From: an uncultured Actinomycetes bacterium
GTDB taxonomy: Bacteria > Actinomycetota > Actinomycetes > Nanopelagicales > Nanopelagicaceae
Assembly (NCBI GenBank): GCA_903827345.1
Contig: CAIKID010000048.1
Coordinates: forward strand, 1 to 49,547
Length of the DNA stretch: 49,547 bases
Direction: 5' to 3'
Shown: positions 31,101 to 39,464 of the stretch, piece after piece
How the letters are laid out: each line of letters starts with the position of its first letter
Position numbering within the stretch: the stretch's first letter is position 1
Notes under the pieces: generated by a model
Told to the model about the DNA's origin: nothing
Database searches by the model: none
What the model saw: the letters and a program-made list of their open reading frames with translations, nothing else
Made by a program: the position numbers and the translations under genes

Positions 31101-31704
31101 CCTTCACCCTCTTCTCAACATCAATTCCGTGATCCATGATTTCTAGAAAGAAGTTTTCTGGGCCGAAGATATCGCGGAGTTCACTAGCCGCTGTCATCGC
31201 CTCTTTGTACGCACCCATCCGCAATCGAGTTTGGATCTCTCCACCTGGGCACCCGGTCGTGGCGATAATTCCCGTTGCATATTGCGCGAGCAACTCGCGA
31301 TCCATACGAGGCTTGTAATAGAAACCTTCAAGTGAGGCCAGAGACGACAATTTAAAGAGGTTAGAAAGACCTACATTATTTTCGGCGAGCAGGGTCATAT
31401 GTGTGTAGGCGCCGCCACCTGAAACATCATCTTCGCCACCATCGGCCCACTTCACGCGCTTCTTATCGAAGCGGCTCTCGGGAGCCACATATGCTTCAAT
31501 TCCGATAATTGGTTTTACGCCGGCTTTGCGAGCCTGTTTATTAAATTCAAAGGCACCAAATACATTTCCGTGATCTGTGATCGCGATCGCCGGCATCTCT
31601 TGCCTGGCTACCTCTTTGACCAACTCCTCAACGCGCGCGGCACCATCCAGCATCGAATACTCGGTGTGGACATGAAGATGAACGAAATTGGATTTCTGCG
31701 ACAC
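28186..31704 (-). CDS. dnaE: DNA polymerase III alpha subunit
   Basis: PHP domain FVHLHVHTEYSMLDGAA; fingers/palm PDIDLDF, GVHAAGV; 1172 aa. Confidence 0.96.
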   Translation of the reverse strand: MSQKSNFVHLHVHTEYSMLDGAARVEELVKEVARQEMPAIAITDHGNVFGAFEFNKQARKAGVKPIIGIEAYVAPESRFDKKRVKWADGGEDDVSGGGAYTHMTLLAENNVGLSNLFKLSSLASLEGFYYKPRMDRELLAQYATGIIATTGCPGGEIQTRLRMGAYKEAMTAASELRDIFGPENFFLEIMDHGIDVEKRVKADLLKLGKELGLPLLATNDLHYTKNEDSIAHEALLCVQSGSTMADPKRFKFENDQFYLKSAAEMRELFRDFPESCDNTLLIAERCDVTLREGENLLPQFEVPAGESEDSWLTKLANLGLADRMNSEVTAAYQERLDYELSVMIKMGFPGYFLVVSDLCAHAREVGIRVGPGRGSAAGSLVSYALGITALDPIKHGLLFERFLNPERISMPDIDLDFDERRRSEMIAYATNKYGEDRVAQIITYSNIKSKQALKDATRVLGYPYAIGDKITKALPPTIMGKDITLSGIFDPKNDRYGEAGEFRTVYETDGDAKRIVDTARGLEGLKRQWGVHAAGVILSKEPLLDVIPIHRREADGAIITQFDMGACEATGLLKMDFLGLRNLSVLDDCLINIKRNKGADVDLSLLTLDDPKTFELLGKGETLGVFQLDGGPMRALLRQMAPDSFEDISAVIALYRPGPMGVNAHTDYADRKNRRKPVEPIHEELSEPLAEILGDTYGLIVYQEQVMAIAQKVAGFSLGRADLLRKAMGKKNKEILDKEYVNFEAGMVAGGFGKNAIKKLWDTLIPFSDYAFNRAHSAGYGLVSYWTGYLKANFPTEYMAALLTSVRDDKDKSALYLNECRRMGIKVLPPDVNESASDYTPLGADIRFGLTAIRNVGENVVGSIVSNRASKGRYLSFGDFLAKVDQQVCNKKTIESLIKAGAFDSLDATRRGLMMVYLEAIDSVSEAKRAEAIGQFDLFGSTDSGASTSVSDVELDIPKDEWDKNLLLTYEREMLGLYVSDHPLLGIEHVLRAAVDMPLSQIAEDSVGHEQIVTIGGLITQVQRKVSKQGNSWAIVSIEDLEGAVDVLFFAATYQTHAMNLMEDRVIVVRGRIDKREEAARITALDMTIPDVTGAPTGPLVITIDATRVTAPLVDRMKEILRSHPGPREVHLKLDDGSKGLVMKIDDDLRVTASPSLSADLKSVLGPDCLVS

Positions 31705-31727
31705 GGTTAGCGAGATTACTACTGTGG

Positions 31728-32678
31728 CTAATTCTGACGGCTGTTTTGCTCAAGCTCGTCTAATGAGCGTGTCAGATCTAAGGGGTACTCCGAGGCAAAT
31801 GCCATCTTTGCGCCTGTTACTGGGTGGGTAAATTTAAGTTCACGAGCGTGCAGCCACGGGCGATGGATATTTAAACGGTCGGCAATGGTGTGATCTGCAC
31901 CGTACGTGAGATCGCCGACAAGGGGGTGATGGAGCGCGGCGAAATGCACGCGAATCTGGTGGGTTCGTCCTGTCTCGAGTTCGATCTCGAGGAGTGAGAC
32001 CGCCGGAAAGAGTTCAAGTGAGGTGTAATGGGTGATAGATGGCTTGCCATCCGCCACAACCGCAAAACGATAATCCTCGCGGGGATGGCGATTGATAGGG
32101 GCATCAATTGTTCCCTGCGATGGATCCATATGACCTTGGACCATGGCGTGATAAACCTTTGTGACGGTGCGATCCCTAAATTGATCCTTGAGCGATGCAT
32201 AGGAGACCTCATCTTTGGCAATGACCATCAAGCCGGTGGTTCCTACATCCAGGCGATGAACAACACCTTGTCGCTCTGCGGCACCACTTGTGGATACGTT
32301 ATATCCAGCGGCAATTACTGCGCCGATTACGGTAGGACCTTGCCATCCCGGACTGGGATGCGCAGCAACTCCAGCGGGCTTATTAATGACAATGATGTGT
32401 TCGTCGTTGTAAACGACTTCTAGACCTTCAACGGGAGTTGGTGTCAATTGCGGCGCGCTCTTGGCGGGCGGCATCAAAATCTCGAGTACATCCGCCGTCG
32501 AAACTTTGTCCGACTTAGTAACCGGCTTACCACCGCGAGAAATTTCTTCGTTCTCGATGAGAGAAACAACTACAGAGCGCGAGAGACCCAACATCCGAGC
32601 GAGGGCGGCATCGACGCGATCCTGGTCTAGCCCTTCAGGTATCGAGATCACCTTTAATTCACGTTCAGGGAACGTCAT
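31728..32678 (-). CDS. rluD: 23S rRNA pseudouridine synthase, RluD/RluA family
   Basis: N-terminal S4-like region, catalytic motif VVHRLDVGTTGLMVIAK, and GRTHQIRVH. I prefer ATG 32678 (GAGG 7 nt upstream). The track start GTG 32681 is one codon earlier. Confidence 0.88.
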   Translation of the reverse strand: MTFPERELKVISIPEGLDQDRVDAALARMLGLSRSVVVSLIENEEISRGGKPVTKSDKVSTADVLEILMPPAKSAPQLTPTPVEGLEVVYNDEHIIVINKPAGVAAHPSPGWQGPTVIGAVIAAGYNVSTSGAAERQGVVHRLDVGTTGLMVIAKDEVSYASLKDQFRDRTVTKVYHAMVQGHMDPSQGTIDAPINRHPREDYRFAVVADGKPSITHYTSLELFPAVSLLEIELETGRTHQIRVHFAALHHPLVGDLTYGADHTIADRLNIHRPWLHARELKFTHPVTGAKMAFASEYPLDLTRSLDELEQNSRQN

Positions 32679-33189
32679 CACGGGACCTCGGTTTCACATC
32701 GTTTAAAAGGAGAATTGCAATGGTTACTGCAGAGATAACAATAGAGGTATCTGCCAGATTAAATATCGGCCAGTGCGGTAGGCGGATCCAATCAACGACC
32801 TGACCATGCAATAGGTATGGCGGGCGAAAGAAGCGATCCACGAGATTCCCGCTTATGCCACCTAAAAGAAAGCCCAAAGCTATCCCCCATGAGCGTGCGG
32901 TGATCGATTTCGAGAAGAGGAAGATGCCTGCTATTGCCAAGAAGGATAAGAGAGAAAGTAAGACGGTTGCGCTCTGCACCAAGCCGAAAGCTGCTCCTGA
33001 GTTGGCGGTCAATTGCAATTGCAGGAAAGAGCCGAGGATTGGCTTTGGATCCCTCCCCAAGGTATGCAGGGCCAGCGCTTTTGAACCACTATCAATCGCA
33101 ATGATTGCGATGGCAACGGCAAGTAAGGATTTAACTGCTTTACGGTGAGGTGCTGAATTACTCAGCGCCGTTCCTCTTTCTGCTTGCAC
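32665..33189 (-). CDS. lspA: Lipoprotein signal peptidase (signal peptidase II)
   Basis: NSGAAFG, GNLVDR, FNLADTSI; 4 TM helices. The GTG start overlaps the upstream gene by 28 nt, and the exact start is uncertain. Confidence 0.88.
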   Translation of the reverse strand: MQAERGTALSNSAPHRKAVKSLLAVAIAIIAIDSGSKALALHTLGRDPKPILGSFLQLQLTANSGAAFGLVQSATVLLSLLSFLAIAGIFLFSKSITARSWGIALGFLLGGISGNLVDRFFRPPYLLHGQVVDWIRLPHWPIFNLADTSIVISAVTIAILLLNDVKPRSRDDVP

Positions 33190-34058
33190 GCCATGCAGAG
33201 AGTCGCACGCGGGAAGACTTGGAGGCGCGCTTTACCAATCGCGTTTCCACACTCTTCACAACGACCATATGTCTTGGTATCAATTCGCTCGACTGCGCGT
33301 TCGGTCTGCAAGACCATGTCGCGCGCGTTATAAACAAGAGACATCTCATGCTCACGCTCAAAAGTCTTGGTACCTGCATCGGCCTGATCATCGCCGGCTC
33401 CAACGCCCGCAGCAGAGATTAAATCTTGCATCTCGCCCTCGGCTTCGCTTAACTCAGATTTTAAGCGGACCAATTCTTTTGTAAGTTCAGATCGCATCGT
33501 CTTTAACTCGGCTGCGGTCCATGGATTCTCATTTTCATTTACCACCAACGGTGCGGGAGCTCCTTTGATTGGCTTGAGAATGTGGTTGCGCTTGCCACTT
33601 TTAACCGGGCGGGGTGGCGGTGGCATGACTAGGCGCCGCTCTTCAATCACAATTTCCGGGCCGGCATTTACCTCATGCGGCGTAACGGTAATAGTTGTTG
33701 AATCACCGGTCGTGGTGCTCTGCAATTTTGCAGGAAATGGTTTCCCGGGAGCTTTCTTGGCGGGAACCTTCGCTACCGACGGACTCTTTGCCAGGGTGGG
33801 TTTTACAATCTTTGGAGAGCGAGCGGCCACCTTCTTGGCGGATGCGGCTTTGGTCGCTGCCGCTTTCTTGGCGCTACTTGCTACAGGGGCTTTCTTTGCG
33901 GGCACGGTTTTCACTGCTTTCTTAGCCACTAGTTTCTTCGCCACGAGCTTTTTTGCAGGTGGGGACTTTTTAACCGCGCTCTTCTTAGCGATTCCGCTCT
34001 TGGAAATCGCCTTCTTAGCAGGAGCCTTCTTTGCCGTAGGAGTCATATCAATAGTCAC
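33162..34058 (-). CDS. DksA/TraR-family C4 zinc-finger protein with an N-terminal Lys/Ala-rich (histone H1-like) repeat domain
   Basis: The C-terminal ~130 aa form a coiled coil with an acidic tip GAGDDQADAGTKTFEREHE, followed by CEECGNAIGKARLQVFPRATLCMACK (CxxC-x17-CxxC). The N-terminal ~110 aa consist of AKKA/PAKK/VAKK repeats. Start is GTG 34058, or ATG 34046. Confidence 0.85.
   Translation of the reverse strand: MTIDMTPTAKKAPAKKAISKSGIAKKSAVKKSPPAKKLVAKKLVAKKAVKTVPAKKAPVASSAKKAAATKAASAKKVAARSPKIVKPTLAKSPSVAKVPAKKAPGKPFPAKLQSTTTGDSTTITVTPHEVNAGPEIVIEERRLVMPPPPRPVKSGKRNHILKPIKGAPAPLVVNENENPWTAAELKTMRSELTKELVRLKSELSEAEGEMQDLISAAGVGAGDDQADAGTKTFEREHEMSLVYNARDMVLQTERAVERIDTKTYGRCEECGNAIGKARLQVFPRATLCMACKQKEERR
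33725..34040 (-). repeat. Degenerate tandem coding repeats (AAG-AAG-GCN type) encoding the Lys/Ala-rich domain
   Basis: The protein reads TAKKAPAKKAISKSGIAKKSAVKKSPPAKKLVAKKLVAKKAVKTVPAKKAPVASSAKKAAATKAASAKKVAARSPKIVKPTLAKSPSVAKVPAKKAPGKPFPAK. It also generates a long spurious antisense ORF (33565..34107 +). Confidence 0.75.
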
Positions 34059-34242
34059 ATCTCTAGTCAGCCCACATATATGTAGCCACCAGAGGCCACC
34101 TTCGTGAGTTACCTGCGAGCGAGAAGGCTAGAGCGAAGAGCGATGAATTACCAACTTCGCCGCGCTAGACTCGCGCTTTCACCACACTTCGGGGGATTTT
34201 TCGGGAAACTCCCGCCTAGAGAGTCGATAGCGAGGATACGAG

Positions 34243-37200
34243 ATGGCAGCGCAAGGCTCACACCCATTTAATAGCCTTCCGCCCCAAATCGATCTCCCGG
34301 CTACCGAGCATCAGATCCTCGCCTTCTGGGAAGAGAATCAAATCTTCTCCAAGAGCGTATCCGCACGCGATGGCGCTCCCCGTTGGACCTTCTACGAGGG
34401 TCCACCTACAGCAAATGGTTCCCCTGGAACACACCACATTGAGGCGCGCGTCTTTAAAGATTTATTTCCGCGCTATCAGACGATGAAGGGCAAGCAGGTA
34501 ATTCGCAAAGCGGGATGGGATTGCCACGGATTGCCGGTCGAAATTGCTGTTGAGAAAGAGTTAGGTTTTGCGGGCAAGGGCGATATTGAAAAGTACGGCA
34601 TCGCAGCATTCAATGAGAAGTGTCGCGACTCGGTACAACGCCACGTCGATGAATTTACCTCGATGACGCGCCGCATGGGTTTCTGGGTGGACTTTGACGA
34701 GGCCTACTGGACCATGTCTCCTGAATATGTCGAGAGCGTCTGGTGGTCACTGCAGCAGATCTGGCAGAAAGGTCTGCTAGTCCAGGATCATCGCGTCGCC
34801 CCATACTGCCCGCGTTGCGGAACTGGATTATCCGATCATGAATTGGCGCAAGGTTACGAAACAGTTACTGATCCATCGGTATATGTGCGCTTCCCGGCAA
34901 CATCTGGTGCTATCGCTGATTTAGGCGCCGCATTCTTAGTCTGGACTACGACTCCATGGACATTGGTTTCAAATACCGCGATTGCGGTAAATCCAAAGGT
35001 TGAGTATCAAGTCTGCGAAATCACGAAGGACGATAAGACCGAAAGGTTGGTCATCGCAACCAATCTCGCTCACGTGCTTGGTGAAGATCGCAGAGTCATC
35101 GCCACCTTCCTCGGGTCTGAGCTAGAACACATCACTTACCAGCGCCCGCTTGATCTCATTGAGATTCCTGATTCGCACTACATCGTCTTGGCGGATTACG
35201 TCACGATCGAAGATGGAACTGGATTGGTGCACCAATCCCCCGCCTTCGGAGCCGACGACTTACAAGTCAGCCGTCGATACGGGCTACCAGTGGTCAATCC
35301 AATGGCACCCGATGGAAAGTTCTTGCCCGACGTTCCTCTCGTCGGTGGCATCTTCTTCAAAGAGGCCGATAAAACCCTGGTTCGCGAGTTGAAATCCCGC
35401 GGGGTTCTCTTCCGCCAATTGCAGTTCGAGCACTCTTATCCCCATTGCTGGCGCTGCCACACACCTCTTATGTATTACGCGCAACCGTCGTGGTACATCC
35501 GTACTACCGCGATTAAAGATAAATTAATCGCCGAAAATGCTAAGACCGATTGGCACCCTGAAACTATTAAGACAGGGCGTTACGGAGATTGGCTTGAGAA
35601 CAATATTGACTGGGCCATCTCGCGCAACCGTTATTGGGGTACTCCGCTGCCATTGTGGCGTTGCCCGGAGAACCACATGCATTGCGTAGGTTCTCTCGCC
35701 GAACTCTCAACTCTCTCTGGCCAAGATGTAAGAGCGACAGACCCCCATCGCCCCTTTGTCGATGACATTACCTTTCCCTGCCCTGAATGCTCACAGACGA
35801 TGAACCGAGTCAATGAGGTCATCGATTGTTGGTATGACTCGGGAGCGATGCCATTTGCGCAATGGGGTTATCCGCATAAAGAGGGATCCGTCGAGGCGCT
35901 AGCCCAGGCCTACCCCGCGGACTTTATCTGTGAAGCTATCGATCAAACCCGCGGATGGTTCTACACATTGATGACAATTGGCACTCTTGTCTTTGACGAA
36001 TCTTCATACAAAACAGTTCTCTGCCTCGGCCACATTTTGGATAAAGATGGCAGAAAGATGAGTAAGCATCTCGGCAACGTTCTGCAACCCATCCCATTGA
36101 TGGATCAACACGGCGCAGATGCGGTGCGCTGGTACATGTTGGCTGCAGGTTCGCCGTGGAGCGCTCGGCGCGTGGGCCACGATGCTCTCTCCGATGTTGT
36201 GCGCAAAACCTTGCTCACATATTGGAACACCGTCTCCTTCTTTAGTCTCTATGCCCATGCTGCTAATTTTGAGTTTGCAGCAGGCGGAAAAACTTCAGAA
36301 GTAACTATGGATCGCTGGATCATCTCCGAGCTCAATCAATTGATCGCCGCAGTTGACCTGGCCTTTGAAGAATTCGACTCACAAGAAGTTGGTCGCCTGC
36401 TCGCTACCTTTATCGACGATCTCTCAAACTGGTATGTGCGCAGATCACGCCGCCGTTTCTGGGATGGCGATAAAGACGCGCTTTCCACGCTCTTCACCTG
36501 CCTTAAGGTTCTGACACAGTTAATGTCGCCGCTCGTACCGTTTATCACCGAGCATGTTTGGCAAACCTTGGTTCGCGTGGGGCAACCCGACTCCGAAGAG
36601 TCAGTTCACCTCTCTTCTTTCCCGGTTTCTGCAGTCGAAGTTATTGACTCCAAACTGTCTGCATCTGTTGCGCTCTCGCGCCGCCTCGTTGAACTGGGTC
36701 GCGCCGCTCGAGCTGAATCCAAACTCAAAATCCGCCAACCACTCTCTCGCGCTCTCGTTGCGGCGTCAGGTTGGGGGGCAATGGACCCAGAGATCCGGGA
36801 ACATATCCAGGACGAGCTCAATGTCCTGCGCCTCGATCTACTCGCAGATGAGAACGAGGGGCTAGTAAGCATCTCGATTAAGGCTAATTTCAGAACTATC
36901 GGTGCTCGCTACGGCGGGGATGTGCAGGCGATCGCAGCCGCTATTTCCCAGGCAGATGCTGCTGCGCTGGTGCACGCGTTACGCGAAACTGGAAGTTATG
37001 ACCTTAAGTACGGTGACACGATTGCCCAACTCACTACAGAGGATCTGGTAATTACCGAGACTCCTAAAGAGGGATGGTCGGTAGCAAGCCACTCTGGTGA
37101 AAGTGTTGCGCTGGATCTGACCCTGACACCCGAACTTTTACAAGCTGGGTTGATGCGCGAAGTCGTTCGCACCATTCAAGAACAACGGAAGAATTCTGGA

Positions 37201-37380
37201 TTTGATATCAGCGATCGGATTCACGTGCGTTGGAATTCTGGGGCTGATGTTGCCGCCGCCATCGCGCGCTATGCAGAGCAAATTTCAGATGAAGTGTTAG
37301 CGCTGTCGATCACCCAAGATGAAAATCTAGATGGAACCGAGAATGAGATTGGTTTAGGGCTGGCGCTTACGAAGAATTAG
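34243..37380 (+). CDS. ileS: Isoleucine--tRNA ligase (long actinobacterial form)
   Basis: GPPTANGSPGTHHIEARVFKD (HIGH-type motif), GWDCHGLPVE, GRKMSKHLGN (KMSKS); 1045 aa. GAGGA lies 6 nt before the ATG. Confidence 0.96.
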   Translation: MAAQGSHPFNSLPPQIDLPATEHQILAFWEENQIFSKSVSARDGAPRWTFYEGPPTANGSPGTHHIEARVFKDLFPRYQTMKGKQVIRKAGWDCHGLPVEIAVEKELGFAGKGDIEKYGIAAFNEKCRDSVQRHVDEFTSMTRRMGFWVDFDEAYWTMSPEYVESVWWSLQQIWQKGLLVQDHRVAPYCPRCGTGLSDHELAQGYETVTDPSVYVRFPATSGAIADLGAAFLVWTTTPWTLVSNTAIAVNPKVEYQVCEITKDDKTERLVIATNLAHVLGEDRRVIATFLGSELEHITYQRPLDLIEIPDSHYIVLADYVTIEDGTGLVHQSPAFGADDLQVSRRYGLPVVNPMAPDGKFLPDVPLVGGIFFKEADKTLVRELKSRGVLFRQLQFEHSYPHCWRCHTPLMYYAQPSWYIRTTAIKDKLIAENAKTDWHPETIKTGRYGDWLENNIDWAISRNRYWGTPLPLWRCPENHMHCVGSLAELSTLSGQDVRATDPHRPFVDDITFPCPECSQTMNRVNEVIDCWYDSGAMPFAQWGYPHKEGSVEALAQAYPADFICEAIDQTRGWFYTLMTIGTLVFDESSYKTVLCLGHILDKDGRKMSKHLGNVLQPIPLMDQHGADAVRWYMLAAGSPWSARRVGHDALSDVVRKTLLTYWNTVSFFSLYAHAANFEFAAGGKTSEVTMDRWIISELNQLIAAVDLAFEEFDSQEVGRLLATFIDDLSNWYVRRSRRRFWDGDKDALSTLFTCLKVLTQLMSPLVPFITEHVWQTLVRVGQPDSEESVHLSSFPVSAVEVIDSKLSASVALSRRLVELGRAARAESKLKIRQPLSRALVAASGWGAMDPEIREHIQDELNVLRLDLLADENEGLVSISIKANFRTIGARYGGDVQAIAAAISQADAAALVHALRETGSYDLKYGDTIAQLTTEDLVITETPKEGWSVASHSGESVALDLTLTPELLQAGLMREVVRTIQEQRKNSGFDISDRIHVRWNSGADVAAAIARYAEQISDEVLALSITQDENLDGTENEIGLGLALTKN

Positions 37381-37381
37381 T

Positions 37382-37669
37382 TCAATGGATTCGGCGCGCA
37401 AACGAAATTAATATTTCAGTCACGAAGAAGATCAAGATAAACGAAATATCAATCGCTACTGGTCCGATGCGCAGCGGAGGAATGAAACGACGCACAAATC
37501 GCATCACCGGATCGGTGACCCCATAAACTGCTTCGGCGATCGCGAGGAGAACTCCGCGGGGGCGCCATGAAGGCGAAAAAATGCGAACGTAATCGAGGAT
37601 GACTCGCGCGAAGAGCGAGATAATAAAAAGTTGCAGTACTAATACGATCGCTGTGCCTACATTACTCAT
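37382..37669 (-). CDS. yggT: YggT-family membrane protein
   Basis: 95 aa, two TM segments, ...ARVILDYV...P....G..... Located after sepF, as in actinobacterial dcw clusters. Confidence 0.8.
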   Translation of the reverse strand: MSNVGTAIVLVLQLFIISLFARVILDYVRIFSPSWRPRGVLLAIAEAVYGVTDPVMRFVRRFIPPLRIGPVAIDISFILIFFVTEILISFARRIH

Positions 37670-37698
37670 TATTTTACTCCACCTGCCGCGAGGCTAAA

Positions 37699-38163
37699 TC
37701 AACTCTGATTGAAGAAACTTGCCTCTGCAGCTGCAGTCTTGTTCTCGCTACTTACCCGAACATTGGCTGGGGTGAGGAGAAATACCTTTGAAGTCACTCG
37801 TTCGATACTGCCGTGTAGACCAAAGACTAAACCTGAGGCGAAATCCACCAAACGTTTACGCTCAGACTCTTCCATATCGGAGAGATTCATCAATACTGGC
37901 TGGCTCATGCGATAACGCTCGCCGACAGTCCGCGCCTCATTGTAAAAGCGGGGATGGATAGTGAAGATCTGATCCATGATGGGGAGTGCCTCTTGCACCG
38001 GAGTGAAGGCCGGAGCAGGAATTGGATTGAATTTTGGGCGGGCGCTCTGGTTCACAGACCTAACCCCACGGTGAGGGGCTTCTGCAGATACGACAGGTTG
38101 GAGATCTTCCTCTTCATCGACAAGCCCGAGGTAGTTCGCTGCCTTCTTAAATACATTAGCCAT
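37699..38163 (-). CDS. sepF: Cell division protein SepF
   Basis: MANVFKKAANYLGLVDEE... N-terminal membrane-targeting helix. C-terminal core ...PRFYNEARTVGERYRMSQPVLMNLSDM...RLVDFASGLVFGLHGSIERVTSKVFLLTPANV. Confidence 0.9.
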   Translation of the reverse strand: MANVFKKAANYLGLVDEEEDLQPVVSAEAPHRGVRSVNQSARPKFNPIPAPAFTPVQEALPIMDQIFTIHPRFYNEARTVGERYRMSQPVLMNLSDMEESERKRLVDFASGLVFGLHGSIERVTSKVFLLTPANVRVSSENKTAAAEASFFNQS

Positions 38164-38172
38164 AGCTTAATT

Positions 38173-38859
38173 TTAGGCTGGAAGTACACGAGAACCGAGG
38201 ATTGAACTCCCGATTCGTAGATGTGTCGCACCGGCCGCAATAGCGGCCTCAAAATCTCCACTCATTCCCAGGGAGAGCGCCGTTAATTCAGGAAAAGATG
38301 CGAGGAGTCGACTGCGGATCTCTTGCATCTGCGCAAAGGCGCGCTGGGGCTCCACCTGCGCAGGGGCAACAGCCATGAGACCAATCGGCCTGACCTGGGT
38401 CTGGCTATATATCGCTTCCAGTAAGGGCTCCAACTCTTCCGAGCTAACCCCTCCGCGGTCGACACGTAGCGGTTCTAAATTCACTTGAATGAAGAAGGTT
38501 CGAAGCTTGCCCTCTTGATAGCTAGAAAATTTACGGGCGTGATCCAACGAATCCAAGGAGTGAACAGAATCTGCCCAACTGGCAATTGACTTAATCTTTC
38601 GACTTTGTACCTGCCCTTGAAAGTGCCAGGTGATATCGCTGGGTAATTGTTCAGATTTAAGGGAACCTTCTTGGTCTCTGTTCTCGCCAAAGGCCCGCAT
38701 ACCCAAGTCATAGAGGATCTGAGCGTCGCTCAGCGGAAAATTCTTCGTCACCACAATCAATTGAATCTCATTGCGATTTCGGCCGGCCCTGATCGCAGCG
38801 GCGGCGATGCGCCCTTCAACTTCCCGGAGTTTTGCGGAGATCTCTGCTTCTCGCGTCAT
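38173..38859 (-). CDS. yggS: YggS/YlmE-family pyridoxal-phosphate homeostasis protein
   Basis: QLIVVTKNFP (PLP lysine), FGENRDQE, WHFQGQVQSRK, LSLGMSGDFEAAI..GATHLRIGS. Confidence 0.88.
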   Translation of the reverse strand: MTREAEISAKLREVEGRIAAAAIRAGRNRNEIQLIVVTKNFPLSDAQILYDLGMRAFGENRDQEGSLKSEQLPSDITWHFQGQVQSRKIKSIASWADSVHSLDSLDHARKFSSYQEGKLRTFFIQVNLEPLRVDRGGVSSEELEPLLEAIYSQTQVRPIGLMAVAPAQVEPQRAFAQMQEIRSRLLASFPELTALSLGMSGDFEAAIAAGATHLRIGSSILGSRVLPA

Positions 38860-39464
38860 AGCGAAATTAGCCCTGCTTGGCGCTCCGCTTCGGCTCCCCG
38901 CCGGAAGGAGAAGAAGTGTGGATTTTCTAGAGTGCAGACATTGAGGTTGTGAACGACCACTCCCATTGCCTCCAAATCAAAGGTCACACCGCGTTGGAGG
39001 TCAAGGGCATGGCGCGAATCGGAAGTTCTGGCCGCGGGAAAGTTCTGCGAAATCTCTTGATACATCTGCGGCGAAACCTCGTAGCAAGCACCACAGATGC
39101 TGGGACCGATCGTCGCCTTGATCTCCCCCGCACCTAGATCTCTCATCATCTTCACTGTCTTTTGTGCAATGCCCTTAACGAATCCCACGCGACCTACATG
39201 TGCAACCCCAACCCATTGCGCTGCAGAGAAAGTAATGGGCATGCAATCGGCGGCCAAAGCGGCCAACCCCACCCCTTTGCTATTGGTGATGAGCGCATCA
39301 CATTCGAAATCGCCACCGGTGCCATCAACTACGAGGACCGTGTCGCTATGACTTTGTTTCATGAAATGCAGAACCGGCAAAGAGAGTGAGACGCGCAGTT
39401 TTTCGCGATGATGCAAAAGCTTGAGATCTCCTCCTTGTTGGGAGGTGAAAAGAGTTCGAGACAT
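38856..39464 (-). CDS. pgeF: YfiH/YlmD (PgeF) laccase-domain protein
   Basis: MKQSHSDTVLVV, DALIT......LAALAADCMPI, HVGRVG, ICGACYEV, CT......FFSFRR. 202 aa, on the short side at the N-terminus. Abuts the ftsZ stop. Confidence 0.82.
   Translation of the reverse strand: MSRTLFTSQQGGDLKLLHHREKLRVSLSLPVLHFMKQSHSDTVLVVDGTGGDFECDALITNSKGVGLAALAADCMPITFSAAQWVGVAHVGRVGFVKGIAQKTVKMMRDLGAGEIKATIGPSICGACYEVSPQMYQEISQNFPAARTSDSRHALDLQRGVTFDLEAMGVVVHNLNVCTLENPHFFSFRRGAEAERQAGLISL

Noticed and set aside
34083-34100. GGUGGC motifs (reverse complement of GCCACC-AGAG-GCCACC) as a T-box core.
   Set aside because: They are on the strand opposite to ileS, they lack the following ACCGCG, and they sit in promoter rather than leader position for the DksA-like gene.
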